This document shows, piece after piece, positions 61,234 to 64,000 of a DNA stretch of 64,000 nucleotides. The stretch is from an uncultured Bacteroidota bacterium (GTDB taxonomy: Bacteria; Bacteroidota; Ignavibacteria; UBA10030; UBA6906), in the NCBI GenBank assembly GCA_963700635.1, contig CAVOYH010000004.1, positions 64,001-128,000 on the forward strand, read 5' to 3'. Position 1 is the first letter of the stretch, and every line of letters begins with the position of its first letter. The notes beneath the pieces were generated by a model. The model made no database searches and was not told the origin of the DNA. It saw nothing but the letters and a program-made list of their open reading frames with translations. The translations under genes were made by a program, and so were the position numbers.

Positions 61234-61626
61234 ATGGAACGAACAATCGTCAGTACATCAGCGGCGCCGGGTGCAATCGGGCCCTACAGCCAGGCCGTGA
61301 TCGTCCAGGGCACACTCGTGTTTACTGCCGGGCAGATAGCGATACAGCCGGGTTCAGGCGAGCTGCTGGCCGGGGACGCCGCCCAGCAAACGAAGCAGGT
61401 CATGGAAAACCTCAAAGCGATTCTTGAAGCAGCGGGAACAACACTGGGTTCGGTGGTAAAGACCACAGTGTTCCTGAAGGATATGAATGACTTTGCCTCG
61501 ATGAACGCTGTGTACGCGAAGTATTTCAGCGATGCACCCCCTGCGCGTTCGACTGTCGAGGTGGCCCGGCTCCCCAAAGACGTCCGTGTGGAGATTGAAG
61601 CGGTGGCGGTTCGCCCGGCTCAATGA
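61234..61626 (+). CDS. ridA: RidA/YjgF reactive intermediate deaminase
   Basis: [26 protein letters not shown]...VEIE. Confidence 0.93.
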   Translation: MERTIVSTSAAPGAIGPYSQAVIVQGTLVFTAGQIAIQPGSGELLAGDAAQQTKQVMENLKAILEAAGTTLGSVVKTTVFLKDMNDFASMNAVYAKYFSDAPPARSTVEVARLPKDVRVEIEAVAVRPAQ

Positions 61627-62189
61627 TCCGACCGATGGCGCAGGCCATGCTACGGGTGGTCACGCTGTTGATGCTCCTCCCGCCTGGTGCCGGAGTGGCG
61701 CAACACGTCCGGCCCGACAGCGTGATCCAGATTTCTGCCGATCGTGACAGTTCCTTGACGCGGCTGGCCGGCGATTCAACCCGGACTCTGCCTGCACCAG
61801 GGAAGTCGGTGGATCTTGCAATGCTCTTCTCTGCGGTTCTGCCCGGTGCCGGCCAGGCGTACAACGAGTCATACTGGAAGGTCCCCATCGTTCTCGGGCT
61901 TGGAGTGTATTTTGTCTCTGAATGGCTGGACAACAACCGGCGGGCTGAGGACTATCGTGAAAAATATGCTTTGAGCCTTCAAACATCCGTGGCCGATGTA
62001 CGATACCTCAGCCTGCGGGAATTCTATAAAGATCAGCGCGATTCATTCGCCTGGTATTTCGTCATCCTGTATGTGCTGAATATTGTGGACGCGTATGTGG
62101 ATGCAAGTCTGTATGGATTTGATGTCGGTCCAACCCTGACTTCTCGCGGTCTTCCTGCTACGGGGTTGACCCTGCGTTACACCTGGTAA
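61623..62189 (+). CDS. DUF5683-like membrane protein
   Basis: [20 protein letters not shown] and NIVDAYVDA motifs. Confidence 0.75.
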   Translation: MIRPMAQAMLRVVTLLMLLPPGAGVAQHVRPDSVIQISADRDSSLTRLAGDSTRTLPAPGKSVDLAMLFSAVLPGAGQAYNESYWKVPIVLGLGVYFVSEWLDNNRRAEDYREKYALSLQTSVADVRYLSLREFYKDQRDSFAWYFVILYVLNIVDAYVDASLYGFDVGPTLTSRGLPATGLTLRYTW

Positions 62190-62228
62190 GGCGTACATGC
62201 CTGCTCTCTTCACTACACCGGAGTCCCC

Positions 62229-63212
62229 ATGCTGAACTATGTCTGGATCGGTCTGATTATTCTGGGAATATTTGTTGCGGTCGGAAACGATATCGGGGAT
62301 GAAGTCCGGCAGACGTACGGCAACGGGAAGGTGCTGGAAGGAACATTGCAGATCACCAAGGACCCCGCCCAATCCCGCGGATCGTGGGAAGGGGAGCTGG
62401 TAATCCCGGAGGAAGTGTTTAATGCAGTGTATGCAGCCCGGCGGACAGAAACGGATGTGCGGCAGGCGGCGAAGATCTCCGTAGGGGTTGACGGCACGCA
62501 GGCGATCCTCCTGCCTGTGTCCGCTGCTACACCCCCGTGGTGGCGCGAGATGGCCCGGTCAGCCAGCAGTAAGGATCGTCTGACCGGAACGGTGGTCGCC
62601 ATGCATCTGGCTGAGGATCACACGACGGCGAGGGTCGGGTTTACTCTCGAGCCCATCCGGTTTGTAAAACTTAAGGCCGTCACCAATGCGGCCCTCGACT
62701 ATGCAGGCATTGCCGTGAGTATTGCCCTGGGCCTTATCGGGATTATGGCGCTCTGGCTCGGGGTGATGAAAGTCGCAGAGGAGGCCGGACTCCTGCTTAT
62801 TCTCACCCGCGCTCTTGCACCCATCACCAAACGTCTCTTTCCGGACGTTCCGCCCGATCATCCAGCCGTCGGTGCGATGATTATGAACATTGCAGCCAAC
62901 ATGCTCGGGCTAAGCAATGCGGCGACGCCCATGGGGCTGAAAGCGATGGAGGAGCTGAACAAGTTAAATCCCAAGGTAGGGACGGCCACAAACGCGATGG
63001 TTACATTTCTGGCGATTAATACCGGTGGCCTTATCCTGATTCCCGCCACTGCGATCGCGGTGCGCGCGGCCTCAGGGTCTGCAAACCCCGGTATTATCAT
63101 CGGAACATCGATCGTCGGCGCGGGGTGTGCCACCATTGCCGGCATTGTTGCATCAAAACTGCTCCAGCGACTTCCACGGTACAAGAAAGCACTGGAGGTG
63201 AGTCATGAGTGA
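62229..63212 (+). CDS. spmA: SpmA-like nucleoside-recognition (Gate) membrane protein with a large N-terminal insert
   Basis: MLNYVW start; LWLGVMKVAEEAGL, LFPDVPPDHPA, ANMLGLSNAATPMGLKAM. Confidence 0.85.
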   Translation: MLNYVWIGLIILGIFVAVGNDIGDEVRQTYGNGKVLEGTLQITKDPAQSRGSWEGELVIPEEVFNAVYAARRTETDVRQAAKISVGVDGTQAILLPVSAATPPWWREMARSASSKDRLTGTVVAMHLAEDHTTARVGFTLEPIRFVKLKAVTNAALDYAGIAVSIALGLIGIMALWLGVMKVAEEAGLLLILTRALAPITKRLFPDVPPDHPAVGAMIMNIAANMLGLSNAATPMGLKAMEELNKLNPKVGTATNAMVTFLAINTGGLILIPATAIAVRAASGSANPGIIIGTSIVGAGCATIAGIVASKLLQRLPRYKKALEVSHE

Positions 63213-63747
63213 TTTCTTCCGTGCCCTGATCACAGTCATTTCGGTCGTGGCAATCCCCCTGGTGTTGCTGGTGTTCCTGGGATGGGGGCTGTTTAAGAAA
63301 GTCAAAGTGTATGAGGTTTTTGTCGAGGGTGCCAAAGACGGCTTTAATGTTGCGATCCGTATTATCCCGTATCTTGTCGCGATGCTGGCTGCAATAGGCA
63401 TCTTTCGGGCCAGCGGCGCTCTGGATCTCCTGATCGCGGTTCTGACGCCGGTCACGACGTTAATCGGCATGCCTCCCGAGACCCTTCCGATGGCCCTGAT
63501 GCGGCCGTTGTCAGGGAGTGGCTCGCTGGGCATTATGACGGAACTGATGAGTGTTCACGGCCCGGATTCTCTGATTGGCATCATGGCCTCAACCATGTAC
63601 GGTTCATCCGAGACCACATTCTACGTCCTGGCGGTGTATTTTGGCGCCGTGGCGATAAAGAACACCCGCCATGCGGTCCCGACGGGACTTATTGCCGATG
63701 TGGCGGGCATGCTGGCGGCAGTCTGGATCGTAAACCTGTTATTCTGA
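63205..63747 (+). CDS. spmB: SpmB-like membrane protein
   Basis: VYEVFVEGAKDG, IIPYLVAML, RPLSGSGS, GSSETTFYVLAVYFG. Confidence 0.9.
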   Translation: MSDFFRALITVISVVAIPLVLLVFLGWGLFKKVKVYEVFVEGAKDGFNVAIRIIPYLVAMLAAIGIFRASGALDLLIAVLTPVTTLIGMPPETLPMALMRPLSGSGSLGIMTELMSVHGPDSLIGIMASTMYGSSETTFYVLAVYFGAVAIKNTRHAVPTGLIADVAGMLAAVWIVNLLF

Positions 63748-63780
63748 GCGATTTTCGCTCCCTGCGGGGCCGGGGATTCC

Positions 63781-63809
63781 TTGCATTTCTTGGCCCCCTT
63801 GGGTATATT
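63781..63809 (+). promoter_or_regulatory. Sigma70-type promoter
   Basis: TTGCAT-17 bp-TATATT. Confidence 0.5.
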
Positions 63810-63906
63810 TTGAAAATTCTTTCCGGCACTTTCCTGCATGCTCTCTCCGGATCCTCAAGATCAAACCCATGATGTCCTTGTCCCGATCATGTACTGAGAA
63901 CTCCAG

Positions 63907-64000
63907 ATGCATTTTCTGAATAAGATTGTTGTGGCGTCCGTGCCGTTGGTGCCGCGCCGGATAATTCGCTATTTTGCCGGGCGGTATATCGCGGGGGAGA
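63907..64000 (+). CDS. 5' end of a probable monofunctional proline dehydrogenase, truncated by the window
   Basis: MHFLNKIVVASVPLVPRRIIRYFAGRYIAGE; RYIAGE is the conserved ProDH N-terminal motif. Confidence 0.7.
   Translation, partial: MHFLNKIVVASVPLVPRRIIRYFAGRYIAGE

Overview
A gene-dense 64 kb bacterial window. T9SS sorting tails, a PorV/PorQ-like barrel, a short Bacteroidota/Chlorobi-type RpoD and E. coli-like -35/-10 promoters suggest an Ignavibacteria/Chlorobi-like FCB-group organism (inference). The left half is accessory and envelope related: T9SS cargo, a LolA-like/MacB-type ABC operon, a diheme cytochrome c, a TonB receptor with an amidase lipoprotein, an FHA-lytic transglycosylase and an orphan rhaB. 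The right end is housekeeping: psd-pssA-purS-purQ-tatA-tatA-gatA-sucD-ndk, deoB, rpoD, def-fmt, parA-parB, ridA, spmA-spmB. The most interesting part is 27.5-43 kb. There an Opp/Dpp peptide importer runs directly into a cytoplasmic non-RD Ser/Thr kinase-STAND ATPase-TPR protein and a sigma54 activator with a degenerate receiver. A sigma54-type promoter with phased upstream repeats follows, then a ZU5-like lipoprotein ending in an HF/S autoproteolysis-type motif plus a few residues, a stand-alone TPR protein coupled to a GAF histidine kinase, and a PP2C phosphatase. My hypothesis, which is untested, is a self-cleaved-peptide signalling circuit. About ten single-base frameshifts, seven in the first 4.1 kb, look like long-read indel errors. 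I found no CRISPR array, rRNA, integrase or transposase.
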